Positions 28,340 through 43,300 of a stretch of 64,000 nucleotides of DNA are shown here, piece after piece. Where the stretch lies: NCBI GenBank assembly GCA_000165425.1, contig CT868485.1, positions 248,001 to 312,000 on the forward strand, written 5' to 3'. Each line of letters starts with the position of its first letter. Within the stretch, counting starts at the first letter, position 1. The DNA comes from Paramecium tetraurelia. Lineage: Eukaryota. The notes under the pieces are model-generated. The model ran no database searches and had not been told where the DNA came from. It saw only the letters and a program-made list of their open reading frames with translations. Position numbers and translations under genes: made by a program.

Positions 28340-29100
28340 ATGTCTTAAGAATAGGTTCTCGATCTTTAAATCCTCAGTCAAGTCAGCCATCTAAGATTGA
28401 GAAGCAAAAGAAAATGGAAGTGTTAAAAAGAAAGGGGTATTTATATGTTAATAATTAAATAGCATAGTTTAGTATTAAAAGTAATTTTGAAGTCATCAAA
28501 TAAATTTATATTTGAACAAGCAGCCAAGTAATTTGAATTCTGTGATGCCTTAGATTAAGCTACTTATGGCAATAATATGGATGTGATTAAATATTTTGAG
28601 AACTTTAAGCAGAATATCAAGCCAAAGATTAAAACGGTTAAGTTAGAATTAAAATCTAAAATTGCTAATAAATCCCATAGCTGTATCTTTGGATGTTATT
28701 TCCAATGATTTTAATAATTATCTTAAGACTAATTAATTGACCTATGTTTAACATTATAGCTTTCTTTAGTTTGGGAGAGCCATGGAATTGAACTACTTGC
28801 CTAACATTGCAGTAGTAGGAAAGGAAAATCAAGCAGTTGAAGTAATTTGTAAGGATAGACAAATTGGATCAATCATCCTTCAGTCCTAAGTTGAAGATAT
28901 TGAATCTATCATTACCATAATAAAAATGAATCCTTTAAAACTAAGGCTACTTTAACGGATTTTTATTAGGATTGCTAAAATGAATCAGAATGGAGGAAGT
29001 AAATTGAGAAAATAGGAAAGAGAACCAAGATCTTTGGTCAAAATGCTTTGATGTTGTTATTGAGAATAGCATTTTATATGGGATATTATGATTATTGAGT
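28340..29100 (+). pseudogene. Coding-like region with frame disruptions (hypothetical gene or pseudogene)
   Basis: Codon-like stretches (FEQAAKQFEFCDALDQATYGNNMDVIKYF) and an intron-like element at 28437-28462, but no continuous frame. Confidence 0.35.
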
Positions 29101-29134
29101 GGCATGACCCATTACAAAAAAATTAAAATCTTAT

Positions 29135-30333
29135 TCATGAAAACTCTGAATCTTGATCTTCTTCGATTTATTCATATTTGGCTGTCTTCTTGTCTTAAAA
29201 TATCTACTTAATTATCAATCATTTACTATATAGAGTCCTAATAACCATTGCAAAATGAAGAACAGAATGCAAAACACAAACAAGGTTGTATTTAAATGAC
29301 TATGATATACCCAAATCTATAAAGGAAAAAAAACAAATTGTTAAATTATTTGTTTCTTGTCTGATTATTGCTTGATGGTTATTTTATTGTCCATGTAGCT
29401 AATAGCTGAACTCACTAAGATCAACACTACGAACACAATTACTGGGTAAGTCTTTACAATATAATTATAATTTGGTTACAATACTCTTCTGTTGATTCTG
29501 ATTGTATTCTTCTGAAAAGGTAGTCTCAAAATACCCACTGAAATCTCCCAAGTTGCCATTAGCAGAGCATTTCTTATCAGAATATTGATTGTTAGGACAC
29601 ACAGTAGTCTTATCAACTTTAGGACAGGGAATGAAATTGACTATCACAATCACAATTACCCACATCAGAAATTTGAGTAGACCAGTATAGGAAATATATT
29701 TGGAATGCTGAAATATATATCTTTAAATTATTATGAATTCTAATTACTAACACATAAATTCTTCTTTTAACTTTATGGTATAGATGTTTGTTCCTATCTG
29801 AAGGAGAGTCGCTATCAAACCAATGTAGCACTTATCATTCCCATCCGTATCCAAAGCGAGTGAGAAAATGCCTGTCAGCAGGACAACACCTCCATAAATG
29901 AGTTTTAGCTAATCGTATTTATTCGTATAGATGATATAGAATACAAACACAATCCCTTAACACTATATTACTTCATTTATTTTACTATAATGAACAATCC
30001 GAAGCTCATATAGAATAATTCAAAACATATTAATAATATGTCTGCTGCTTGTATTGATGCATTTATCGCATACATTGTAAATGGTATATAGGTTTACTTG
30101 TGTTCACTAATCTCCTTTTCAAGTAGCTGTTCTCTATCCTCCTCATTTATCGATTCTTCCTTTATTAAAAATACCATTGATAAAATCATTCCGAAAAACC
30201 ATAACCAAATCCACTCAAACAGATAAAACATACAGTTGTACTCAAATAAGCCTATCATTAATAAGCTCAAGGCTAAAAAGCTCTTAATAAATAAATTTCG
30301 ATACATGACACCATATAAGAGTAAAAAAAACAT
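29135..30333 (-). CDS. Multi-pass membrane protein, possibly SLC35F/DMT-like transporter
   Basis: Many hydrophobic segments, Cys-containing loop NFIPCPKVDKTTVCP...C, short introns, acidic tail KYEQIEEDQDSEFS-TGA. Confidence 0.65.
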
Positions 30334-30390
30334 TTCTTTATTTATTATTTATAATTCCATAAATATATTAATAAAATATTGAAATCAAAC

Positions 30391-32931
30391 TCAAGAAAAC
30401 AAAAATAATAATTATGGAATGAGATTTTAATCGGTAGCCTCTACGATCCATATATTTTTCTCTATCATCATTACTCTGACGTAATTATTGTTTCCATAAG
30501 TAGCTCCTAATTAAATAATCACAAATCCCTTACCATAGTAATTATTCACTTCAGTAAATCTGATTTTCTTAAAAGTGTCCCAACCAATCTGCAATCTAAA
30601 TGGCTGACTTTAATAAAATCGCACATCCTTAATCTTAACCTAAAATATCTCTGCCCTCAAATCCAGAAAATCTATAAAATTATACTGACTCGTTGGCAAC
30701 AACACATTCAAAATTTGATTGTCTATCTGTATCTAACAATTAATGAGTTCCTTGCACTCATCAACCACAATCAAATATTGCAATTCTCGTTCCAAAACCT
30801 TTTTATTATCAGACTTTATCCAAAACTTCGTTGCTGTTTGTAATAAATTGATAATTACATTTATCGCCTTGAAATTTGATATTAATCGATAGACTTTGAT
30901 CAATCTTGTTTAAAATGTACAACGAAATCTTTAAGTAATTTTTATTGTTCAACACTTGAAACTGTAATCCAAATGTACAATAAACTCTGATCAAATCATT
31001 CTCAAATAAGTTTCCCTTCCCCAATAAACATGTCTTCTTCCAAACATCAATCATTTTTTATGTATACCCACTTTTACTTAATTTTTGAAATATATCTAGA
31101 AATTGATTATTCTATTGATAACCAGGATAAGGTGCACTAACTTGCTGCTAAAAAACATCATATTGCTGCTATTATAAATTATGCCCTGTGTTCCTGACTT
31201 CCTTAGATTACACTTAACTTGACCCTTCCCTCTTTTAATCTTATTCTTGTTCAATTCTGTTCCCGAATGTTAATTTCATTCCTTACGGTTTTTAAGTATA
31301 TTAATCTTGATACTATTCCAAAGATCCGTGTTTATCCTCTTATTTTGAGGGTTGTTAATAATAATCTTAAGCAAATTAATTTCTATTCTATGATGGAATT
31401 GTTTGCTCGAATTGAGAATAATCAGTTTCTAGTAAAAGTGTGTTATTCTATTGAGCTGGTTTTGAAGATTTTTAATGATTATAATCTTACTAAATTTAAT
31501 ATTTCTATTGATCTTACTAAATTTAATACTTCTATTGATCCTAATACTACTTTTATTATTACTGTTAGTCATATTAAATTTGTTATTGTAAAAGCTGATT
31601 TTATATATCAGTTGGGTCAGGATCGTCATATTAATTATATTACTATGATTGTATTACTTTTTATTTCTCGACTTATTTCACTTTATTTTAGGATCTTGAT
31701 TAATCAATTTGTTATTGTTGTTATTATTATTATTCTAACTCTCTTTGATAATTACTTTACTAAACAATTTTCTCCTTCTTCTCAATTTAAGTATTTGTAA
31801 TTTCATTAAATCTTGAAGCATCTTGTGTTTCATCTTAACCTACTTATCTAATGGGAGAAAGAGGCTAAATTTTAGATTTTTAATAAGCATCGGATGGAGT
31901 ATAGTTCTTTTTAGTAATTTTGCTGGCCTCTGTTAAAACTGCATGTTGAAACTCCAAGAATCCATTCTTAGTTTTGTTTCTTTCAAAATGATTAAACTTT
32001 AAATTGAATATCTTTATGAAATTACACAACAACTCAATCTAATCCTTCTGTTGTTAACTGAGTTTGTCGGATAATTCATATTCCAATTATTGCAATTTAG
32101 CATCACTCTCTTTAAAAGTATCACAATAAAACTATAACACTAAAATCATAATTTTTAGGTACTGTCTTTTGCCCCTTCTGGATTGCAGTTCTAATCATTA
32201 AGCATATCCCAAATTGTGTCAATTTAATCATTCATTTCAATTTGCAATTCCTCCAATTGATGTATGCCATTTTCCTGATTTTGTTCCATTTATTGTGCTT
32301 GATATCTTTTGACTGGTTGGTTGTCTTCAACAGCATCCTCTATTTCATTGATATCTGCAGTTAATTCTCTAATTTGCTTAGGAAAGACAATATCTTATTG
32401 AACCAATCTGTCATACATGATTTTGAACTTAGTGGGTTTGTTGGTTTAAGAGACAGGGTACTTTTCAGCCAAAAACTTGATTAGTTCTAATATCAAATTG
32501 AAATATTTTATAGCAATCTATGGAGCTAAACAATTTAATAATCATCTAAATTACTATCATTTTCGAATTTATAGATGCCTTTAAATTCATCTTCAGAACC
32601 TGGCTGAAACATAACAATTTCTTATAAATAATTCAAAATTGAGTTATTGCTAGCTAATTTATTTGTTACAGATCCAACTGGACTTGTGTAAACTGCCTCT
32701 CTAATTATCTATAATTTTATATGCGATTAACTATACCATCAAGACCAGATACTTCTTTAATAGCTTCTCATTACTTTAAAATATCTCATCAGCAAATTGA
32801 ATGAAATTAGGAGCAAGATCACTTAAAATTAAATATAAAATCTACTTCTCTTTTTTCAATTTATCCACTACTGTGTTTATATTTAGCTAAAATGCCTAAG
32901 GACTCGAAATGCAAGCTTTGATTTCTTCCAT
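30391..32931 (-). CDS. Putative monomeric adaptor: VHS-like + GAT-like + Q-rich linker + alpha-adaptin-type appendage
   Basis: LILELIKFLAEKYP...KFKIMYDRLVQQDIVFP; MLNDQNCNPEGAKDMLQFYCDTFKE...IELLCNFIKIFNLKFNHFE; WKKTCLLGKGNLFENDLIRV...LKISLYILNK...LLPTSQYNFI. Confidence 0.7.
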
Positions 32932-34396
32932 TCAAACTTTTTTATATTATATAATTCTGTTATGAAAATATTTATCAATTATTTCTGTTAAATAGAAGAA
33001 CTTTGGTAAGTTATAACATCTTCAAAATGAATGCAACAATTGATATCATCTGCTTCGTTTGCGTAAAGGGAATCTACAGAACTAAATAATCAAGGTTGAA
33101 AAGAGATAAATACTGCAATTTAATTAAGGTACGTCAAAAACTAATAAGAGTATAGAGGATCATAATCTGAAAAATTAGATATGGGTAAAGATTGAATTGA
33201 TCTCAAATATATAAACACAAAAGAAATTGCTTTAATATTAGACCTAAAATTAATATATTTTTCATACTTGCCAAATTCACATTATAAATAATACTTAAGG
33301 CAACTGAACATTCTAACACAACCAATTTAATTTAATCCAAATATACATTCTAAGAAATAAATGAAATAACCATAGAAAACAGCTGCCTCTATACCTTCCA
33401 AACTTAATTAGAATAGAAAAAGTAAGGAATTCCAGATCTTATGATGCATTCAAATAATATAATGGTGATTATAATAATAAATCATTTCACACTCTTTTAT
33501 CATATAAAGTATAGTCAAAATTATATAGTGCATAGTTAAAGAATCCTCCTTGAAGTCTCGATTTTATAAAAAATCAATATTTAGGCTTCAGATATAATAC
33601 ACCATTTCCATTTTTTTTCATTGCTTAATGAGGAATAACTTTAAAGAATTTAATAGTAATTTCTATGATTTGATTGATTCATCTTTTTTGACTTGGTTCT
33701 CATTTAAATTATCTTCAAGTGAATGGTTTCTTTCACTCTGTTACTTTCTCAAATGTTAAAGCTGGCTTCTTAGAAATCTCTTCAAAATGTCCATCCAAAA
33801 TAAACGATTTAGAGTGGTCTCTGTTTCATTTAAACTTCAATTAGAAAAATAGGAAGCAAATAACCCCATTTTAATGCAAAAATTTACTTATATCAATATA
33901 AATTATTGTTGTTTAAATTCTTAATTATCTTTATCATTATTTGACCTATTAGAGCTATTAAAATTTTGAGATATGGGTTTTATTTCATTTTTTTTTTATA
34001 ACAACATTCTTGATTCTACAGCCAAACAAATCATAGCGTTGAATTTCAATTAAAGGAGGCATACCCAAAAATCCTCATCATATAGATTACCATTTCTCAA
34101 CATTATTACTTTTGGAAATTTCATAATTAATTATAGCTTATTTTCTACTATAAAATTAGGCTAGATCTATTTTTATATTTACACATGTTTACACTAAATG
34201 AGATGAGTAATAAATCTCAGTTTAATATTATTAATTAAAGAATTAGACATACTTGAGTGTTTAATTATATTATGATTTCTAAAAAGTTTGTTATTTTATA
34301 CATAAATTTATCAGATTAATTCTGTAAGAATTCATTAGACTGTGAGGCATTATTAAATTAATTTATTTAGATACTCAAATCATTATTTATATAAAA

Positions 34397-37300
34397 ATGC
34401 ATTAATCAAAGAATAAAAGGGAATTTTTTGTAAGTTTATTAGTTTATCTAGAAACCTAAACTTATATAGGAAATAAAAAAAAAGAGAATCAAGGAATTGC
34501 GTTCAAGCCCTAATTGGGAACACATTTAATAAGTTGTTGAAAGCATCGAATAAACAACATATACAATCAATACGATTAAGGCTCTTGATGATAATATTCT
34601 CAAAGCATTGACTTTTAAAGATTTTTGTGGATCAGATATAGCTTATCATTTAATAACAAATTTTCAATTTGATCAATTTATTGATATACTAGGATAAGCT
34701 GAGTCACTTTTTACTTCTGATTTCAATTAAGTTATTCAGTCTGCCATCAAAGGAATTTCATAAATTAAAAAAGAAAATAATCACAAAAAGATTTTGGCAT
34801 TTATAAAATAATTAACATCTATTTTAAATACACGAAGAGAATCTGAATAGGCTAAAGGTATCATATGAATCATATAATTTATAAGCATTTAAATTTAATT
34901 TAGACATTGTTGTAGGTTCAAGATACAACTATATCAAGAATCTTTGGGAATTAAAATTATTGATGAATCTTTATAAATTGCTTGGAGATTTTGAATCTGA
35001 AATAACAAAACTTAGCATCATCAAGAAAGATCTAAATATTCACAAATTACTCAATTCGACGCAGCAGGAGAGAAGTTAAGTTTCTCATTTAAAAATTTAA
35101 TTGTATTTTTCTGGAGATGCTTAGAATTATATGTAATATCTATAATAATAAGAAATAGTATATTAATTAAGAAAAAGTGCTGGGATCTGTTTTACAAGTC
35201 GAACGTCGACTCAATTTTTAAACCTTTATCAGATGGATTCACTTTGTATATGAGATTATTGAAGGCAGCTCCTTTTGATGTATTAGTAGAATTTCATTAA
35301 ATGCATAATTAAATTATTAAGGATAGTCTCAACTCATAACACAAAGGGACATATAACATTTTACATTGCATTTCTGAAAATAAAAATCCAATTAATCAAG
35401 AATTTATATAAATATTATAGGATTTGGATTTAGGCGATCTAAAGAGATAGTCATATAATCAACAAATACCACTTGTATTATATTTAAGAATATAAAAATC
35501 AATAAATTAAAACTATTTAAACTATCTCTCTAAAGATATTATAGATTAAAATCATAATCAATATGAAGGTTTATAGCTATTAATATCTTTATATACTAGA
35601 GGAATGTATTAAAAATACGATATTGAAAAAAACAGAAAAATTGTTAAAGGTTTTAATAATTACAAAAAGAAAGTAAAATTAGTAAAAAAATTTAATATGC
35701 GTTATAAAAAAATTAAACCAAGATATAAATTGTCCAAAAGCGTAAGTGTAAAGTAAGACAAATTTAGACAACAATTAAGCACATTTTCAGATGATATTAA
35801 AAATTGTGCATAAAATATATATGAAAATACTGCAGCAATTCATCATATTTATTATTTAAAAGGAATTAAATAGGACTTTAATATCACTCACTACAGCTTC
35901 TCTTTGTGTCACTTTGATTATAACATTTCCAAAATAGACTAGCCATTAGCTATTTGGATTTAAGATTCAACACTCTTAGATTCATTTTTAAATTATCTTG
36001 AAAAGGATTTTTGTTCAAATATTAATCAAGAAATCAAGGAAGCCATCGAAGCTCTATTACTAGAACTAAAACATTCAATCTCAATCGATGATTTAATAAT
36101 TTAGAGAAAAATTGTTATCTTAAATGCCTTATTAAAGTAAAACAGAACAGAATAAGAAAATGCAAGGATAAAAAGTTAAATTTCTAATTTGCTGAGTAAA
36201 AGTTAGGATGGTTTCAGAAAAGTATTCTGTAGTTATTCTAAATATTAAACATTTTAGGATTATTTAATATGCAATGATTTAATTACAATAGAAGCATATT
36301 AGGTTAATGATGCATTTGAATCTGTTATAAACCTTCTTAGATTGGGACACAGAAATTAAAATAATATTTTGGGATTAGCTGAGAAAGTTGAAAAACTTTA
36401 ATAATATCCATCTCTTCGTTCCTTGCTTTAGATTTGTTTCTAATAAAACAATATAGATAAATTAAGTAGATTGGATAAGTGGAAAAATCAAACTGAATTT
36501 CTAGATAATCTCATTCAATAAAATTTTATGAAAAGTAGTTTGCTTAAGACTCCTTAAGGAATTGAACTCCTTTATCAGTTTTCGGATAAATGCTTGCATC
36601 GAGACTTATTAAAAAATGTTCTCTACAACTTTTAAGAGGCATGTGTTCATAGATTCTTTTAATTGTTTTATGAAATAGAATCATGGGATTATTTTGTAAA
36701 AAAGAAATATAGCGTTAAGTTATTTCTCTGTCATCTAACCTAATAATAATTAGGATTAGTATTCAATTATCAATTAATGGGAATGAGGACTGAATTCAAC
36801 TTCCGTTTATTTGAAAAAAAAGCAACCACAATTTAAGAAGAAATTGTTTTAAGGTAAGTAATTGAAAGCAAGAACTTTTTATAAGTTTTGGTATCAAATG
36901 ATAAATATTCTGAATTTCTATAAGTTAGTTTAAAATTTTATCCTTTATTTTAAGAAAGAGATGGCACCGATTATGTATTAGAGGCCTTAAATAATGAAGC
37001 TTATAAAAATTTGGCAATCTTGGAATAATGGATTTTTGATAATTTTGATGAATGCCATAGTACGAATAAATACAAAAATACTATTTTTTCCTTTTTGAGA
37101 CATCATAGTTTTTTAATCTCTGGGGTATTTGGGAAGACAAGTAAGAAGATTGACAGAGTTAAATTCAACAGGTAAATCAAAAATTATTTTGACATCTTCG
37201 AAAGATAAATTGAATTGTAGAGGAAATTAGAACAACCAAATATTTTCGATTACAATAATCATAAAAAATTTAATAAATCCTTTATTTGTTATCTTGATAA

Positions 37301-40300
37301 GGAAAACACTATCCTATTTTCAGAATATATCAAACAATTCTTTTAAAGCCAAAAGTCATCTAGTCTGTTTCATTATATTCGTAATTCGGAAAACCCAGCT
37401 ATACCAGAAATAATACATTACTGTAGGAATAAAAGAATATGTGAGCATCTTGAATACTTGAATTTAATTACCAAGGATGAATCTGAGCTGAAATCCATTA
37501 TTCTAAATCTTGAAATGCTACAAAAGAGCGAATAACAAGGAGAAGAAGAGAATTCTGGTATTCAAATTAATAAATTCGTAATTCTTTATTATCTAACTCA
37601 TTTTACAGATTTAGAATTTATTAAACCTTACTTTTTGAAGTGTAACTATCATGATATCGGCTATGTATTTTAAAAGCTATTAGAAAACAATTAATTTCGA
37701 ACAGTAGAATTCATTTTATTGAATCATAAAGGTAAATTAAAATAACCTTAAATACAACTTTAAAGTTCAAAAGATACTTACATAAGAGCCTTAGGTTCCC
37801 ATTGGAGCATAACTTTAACAACAAATCAATTCAAAGATTTAGTTTAAAATAACAATATCGAGAATTAGGAGAAAGAGTAGATCTTAGAGTTGTTAACCAA
37901 TTCTGGTCATTTTGAAAAATTAGAGTATGTCACTAATTGGATTAATAATAATAATTAATTAATAGAATTAACTTCTATAGCCTGTTCTCTTTTAGTTAAA
38001 GAATATATTTTGTAAAATAAAAAATTTAACAATTCCAATATTCCAGTATTTATGTATCAGAAAACTTCAATGAACTATACTTTAAGCAAATTAATGAATT
38101 AATCCATTGAAACTCCTTATTTATAAACCTATCGACTTGGAACAGCGAAGGTGCTCTATAACTTAGTGTGTGAAAGAGATGTTGATTTAACAGAATATTA
38201 TAAGAATTATCTTTTATTCTAGATTCTTTTCCCAAACACAAAATGGACTTTTGATAATAGGGAATGTGAAATGGCTACTTAATTTCTGTGTTTAATAGAA
38301 TTAAATTTGTTGAAATAAAATTGGACAAACTACATAGAAATTATCCTAAAAAATGCTGTCTTTTATTATGAAGCTATATTTGACTTTTCAACAGTTTTAT
38401 AATCTAAAAGAAATCCTTAATCATGGCAATCATTAAAAAACATGGTTGACTAATTGATACCAATTTATGAAAGCATATCTAAAGAGAGTCCATCCACTAA
38501 CAAATTAAAATAAATCTAAACTTTCATGAATCAAACTAGAACTGAAAAAGTTAAAAAAAATAATTTTGCTAAATAACTTGAATAGCACTTTGAAGATATC
38601 TAGTTTTAGAATTTAGAATTAAATACCAGATAAGCAAATATTTATTATGGACTCCCGTTTGAGAGTGGAACATTCAACGAAGTAGACTTATATGTAGCTC
38701 TTATGGGTAGAAACTAAAATTCAATTCTAAAGCTACTCAAAAATTCAAGTATTCCTATTGCAACTTTATTAAATAAGTATAATGTCATTCAATACTTAAT
38801 CAAGCATGGTAATGAAGACACAGTTATTGAAGTATTAAAATTACTAACAAGCAGTGAAATATATGAATCTCATTTCTTTCATCATGGTTTACCTTTGCTC
38901 ACATATATTGTATTTAAGAAATGGTATAGACTATATAACTTTGCTTAAAATTATCTAATTAATTAATGGACTTTAAAGCCCAAGATAATTGGATAAACCA
39001 TTAAAGGCTAACTTTAAGAATTAACTATCCATCAATTTGCTTAATTAAATTCATTCTATGTTTATTTCGAATTACCAATATAAAAGCAATTAATTCTAAG
39101 AACTAGCTAATTCTTAATACCAAATTCTCATAACATCTAACTCAAAGCCTATAGGGTTTATTCAATACTCAAAATCATGTTCAACAGTATGCCATTAAGG
39201 AAACTTGAGATTATTAGTTTGTTATGTGTATAAATTAAAGATGACACATAAATCAGTTTGGAAAATTTGTTTAAGAAGTTTGGCAAAAATTAACTAATTG
39301 AAGACTTATTTTTATCTATTTATGACAATTAGAAGAATGACAAAAAGGAACTTGTTTTAGATCTAATGAGTGAATTAGGACTTAGCTGTTCAATATAATT
39401 AGATCAATTTAACGAAGCTCAACTAGAATGGCTCTACAAATAAATATATCATAAGTATGGCCATTATCATTTCTTGATTGAAAAAATTACAAGATTAGCT
39501 CCAAATTCCTTTATAAATAATGATATCTTAAATTGTCCTAAATTAGCATTGATTGTGGCACAACATGGCAGGTTTGATGCCTTGTAAAATTTAATTGATG
39601 TTTAAAATTTTGGATAAAATTATACAAAATTAGTATCAGCACATTTCATCAAAATTATCTTGATGGTAAAATATGGATAGAATTTTGATCCATTAATTGA
39701 GCCTAAGGAAATAGAAGATATCCATTTGAAACATTATGTCGATGCCTTAGATTTTATTGAATCTGATCAATAAGGCTCTATTAGTATTTAGTTTATGAAT
39801 CAACTCATTCCCATACTACATGTTGAAAATTCATCGGTCTAATACATTGATAAATTTTATGGATTATTTAAATCTGAAAGTAGCCAAATCAAAAAGGCTT
39901 TCAAAATTATAATCAGGTTGAAGGAATTCAATTATGAACTCTAACAAATAGAGTTGAATGCTATTGCTAAATGTGATTACTTAGTGAAAAATTTCAAGTT
40001 CTAATTCGGAGAGAAATTTGGTTTAGTTTAAAGTGGTTAATCCTCTACAATTGTAATCCCCTTTGATTATTAAGAAAATGAATTAGAGCTGTTTTTGAAT
40101 GGATTACCTTGTTTTTATAAAGATTTATATGAAAATGCAATTTCAAGTAAGGCATTTGAGAAAAAGATAGCCATATTCAAGAAAAAGGAAAAACTTATTA
40201 TCAAATTTGAAGATAAGAATTTATCACCATTTTATAACGATTTAAGATTTTTACTGCCTCTATTAAAGGAATAAAAATAACCTGCAGATAGTCTAGAATA

Positions 40301-43300
40301 TAAGAATGAGTATCAGATTAAAGGTTGGTAGCAACTCTCAAAGAAAGATCATGATGATTATTGTTTTGTTTACACATCAGATGTTAAATTCTCATATGAA
40401 TGGGCTTAAACCATTTTCTATTAAGAACCTTAGAAATCAGAGTACTTTTAAAAATATCAAAATCAAATATTAATTTTCTTTAATGGCAAAACAATTTTTA
40501 ATTAAGTAGAAATCTAAGATTAATTAAGTAATTCATTAAAATATTTACTCAACCTTTCAACTTAAGGGTTAGATTTAAAGTGTATAATAGAATTAGAATC
40601 ATTTATGAAAGTATTCTTTATGAACAAAAACCTCTATTCTGTTTACAATAATTGGTATAATCTAATAAATGCTATATCCACATATCCAACATTGATAGCA
40701 ACTTTAAAACACATTTTAACTTAGGTTTGTCAAATCACAAGTATGTTCAATTAAAATAGCGACAATAATTAAATAATTGTAAAGTTTGAAACAACTGATA
40801 ATCAAGGAATATCACCTAAAAGTCACTATTTGGATGATTATTTCTCTTTTTGCAAACCTTCTATTTATTTAGAGAAGGAGACAATTGTGGTTACAATTCC
40901 TGTGAGTGAAAGTGGTAATAAAGGAGAGCGACTAACTTATTTAGAGGAGATTTTTAATGCAAGTGATTTAGATTAATTTATCAAAGAGTAATTTTCATTA
41001 AAAGATAATTTGGATGCTTTGATTTTGAGATATTAATTGGAGGAAACTGCTAAATAAACTTGTGAATAATTTAGATAATTGAACAATTTTGATCTATTAA
41101 TTAAATTGGATAGGAATGATATAAGATAATAAATAGAGAGTTTTAATTATGAATAATAATTAGACTACTTAATTAAATTCCAAACATATTTTAGATGGAC
41201 TTTGAATTTAGATTTGTAAAATTTTATAGCTGGTAACAGATTCTCTTAATTCTATAAGGATAGTTTATGTTCTGGTAAATATCTTACGAAGCCATTAGAT
41301 ATTGGAAATTTCTCTTAATTTAATGTTAATTCGTTAAAGAATAGTTTTGGAATCATATAAAATAAAGAATAATTTTTAACAAATGTAAAAAAGAAAAGAA
41401 TCTATCATGTTTTTTATACAAAACACAATAGAAATCATGCTGTTTTTTGTTTGTTTGTGAAATCAATTAAGGATAGAAACTATTTTATTTAACTTGATCA
41501 GTTTAAACTCAAAAAAAAATATAATAAAAAGACTAACTTATAAATTAAAAGTGAATACATAAAAGGAGCTATTTATTACACTTATGAGTATGACAAATAA
41601 ATCTCGAAATAGAATGAAAAATTAGTACTTATTGATTTCGAGGGTCACTATTATTTGAATTAAGATGTCAATTTTGCAAACTAAATTGAAGATCACACAA
41701 CACTATCTGACAATATCAAAGTTACTAAATTATGTTTTAACCTTTCATTTGACAGATCAAATATTGGTTAAAATGTGCTCTACTTTAATTTAATTGATTT
41801 CAGATTGAAGGATTATTTGGAAACATCAAGCATTTAATAGGACAAATCTTATGATTTATAAGAATTAAAGGTAGATAAAAGTTAAATTAGGATTGATCCT
41901 CAATTAGCTGAATATAATGGATATGATGATAAAGACAATAAGAAGGAAAAATTGGACAATAAGAAATTAAATAAAATGCTTTTAACAATTCTATCTAATG
42001 TTTCTGATCATGACACAACTCCAATCTAATTTGAAATTCCAAACTAGAATACAAAATTAAATGATGAAAACCTGGACTCATTAACAGATTATTGTAAGTA
42101 GTATAGAAAATAATAATTATAAACTCGTGCTGGAGAATTTAGAAAAGACAAGATTATGTTTTATGATTGTTTAAATAACCTCATAAGAGATAAAAAAGTG
42201 ATTAATGATATTTAATGCTATATTTAGCATGAAAAGTTTAAGGAATTAATTCATCATCCAGAGGTTTCTTTCGATGATGGAGTATGCTTATCTTGGACTC
42301 CTTATATCAAAGGAAAATATGATGTATTTGTGAATGGTCATTTAATGAATTTCAAGTTTTCTGTTATGGCTTCTAAGTAGATCTAGTCAGAAAAATTCAA
42401 ATTAATAAAAGATGAATCAGAATTTCAGTACTTTGTTGAAAAAGATTTACGATTCGAATTATATGACATCTATAACAATTTAATAACAAGGTCAGATGAA
42501 TTGTCATCTGCCTTATCGGTTCAAGTTATGAATTCTAATTTTACAGTGAAAAATAGATGTGAATACAATGACAGTGGTTGTGTATTATACATATAATTTT
42601 GCAATTACGCTAAGCCAGATGATAAGGTTGATGAATGCAAATTGGAAATAAATTTAGACCAACAAACCATTATACAAGGCAAAATAGTCCAGATCAAACC
42701 ATAACCATTGAGTCAAAAGAGAATCGATACATTTTCATCTAAGTTCACTTATAGAAATTCAGTTTAATACTTAATAATTAGAGCAAACTTCCTGAATTCA
42801 TTAGCTTAGATGGATAATCATATTGGATAAAAGAATCTAAAGTTCAGTTTCCTATAAGAGGTGGCAAATGACTAGGGAGGACCTTGCCGAGAATTCTTTT
42901 GTTTATTCGGTAGGAACCTTAAGGATCCTTAAAATAATTTGTGTCTCCAAACTCATATGATTGGCTATTATTACTTGAATAAGGGCATACTTTTATTGAA
43001 TGATTCAATAACTTTCGCAATTGGTATGTTGCTGGCTTATGCAATTGCAAATAAACTAAAGGTTGGAATATCTTTTGCTCTGCCTTTTTGGAAGATAATT
43101 TGCGATTTACCATTAGAGTTTGATGATTTAAGTTGTGTGGTCGAACCACAAATCTATTAGAGTTATCAGTATTTACGAAACTTAAAAGAAGATGAGTTAT
43201 TTTAATAAGATATTTACTTTGTGAATCAATCAGATGAAGCCGAATTATGTGAGAATGGTAAAACCAAGAAAGTGGATTGTAGCAATCTAGAAGAATACTT

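Noticed and set aside
31480..31545. 27-nt tandem duplication
   Set aside because: Ordinary coding repeat (QQKYQIQQD) in a low-complexity linker.
31219..31800. 193-aa hydrophobic plus-strand ORF
   Set aside because: Antisense shadow of a Gln-rich (TAA/TAG) linker in the minus-strand gene.
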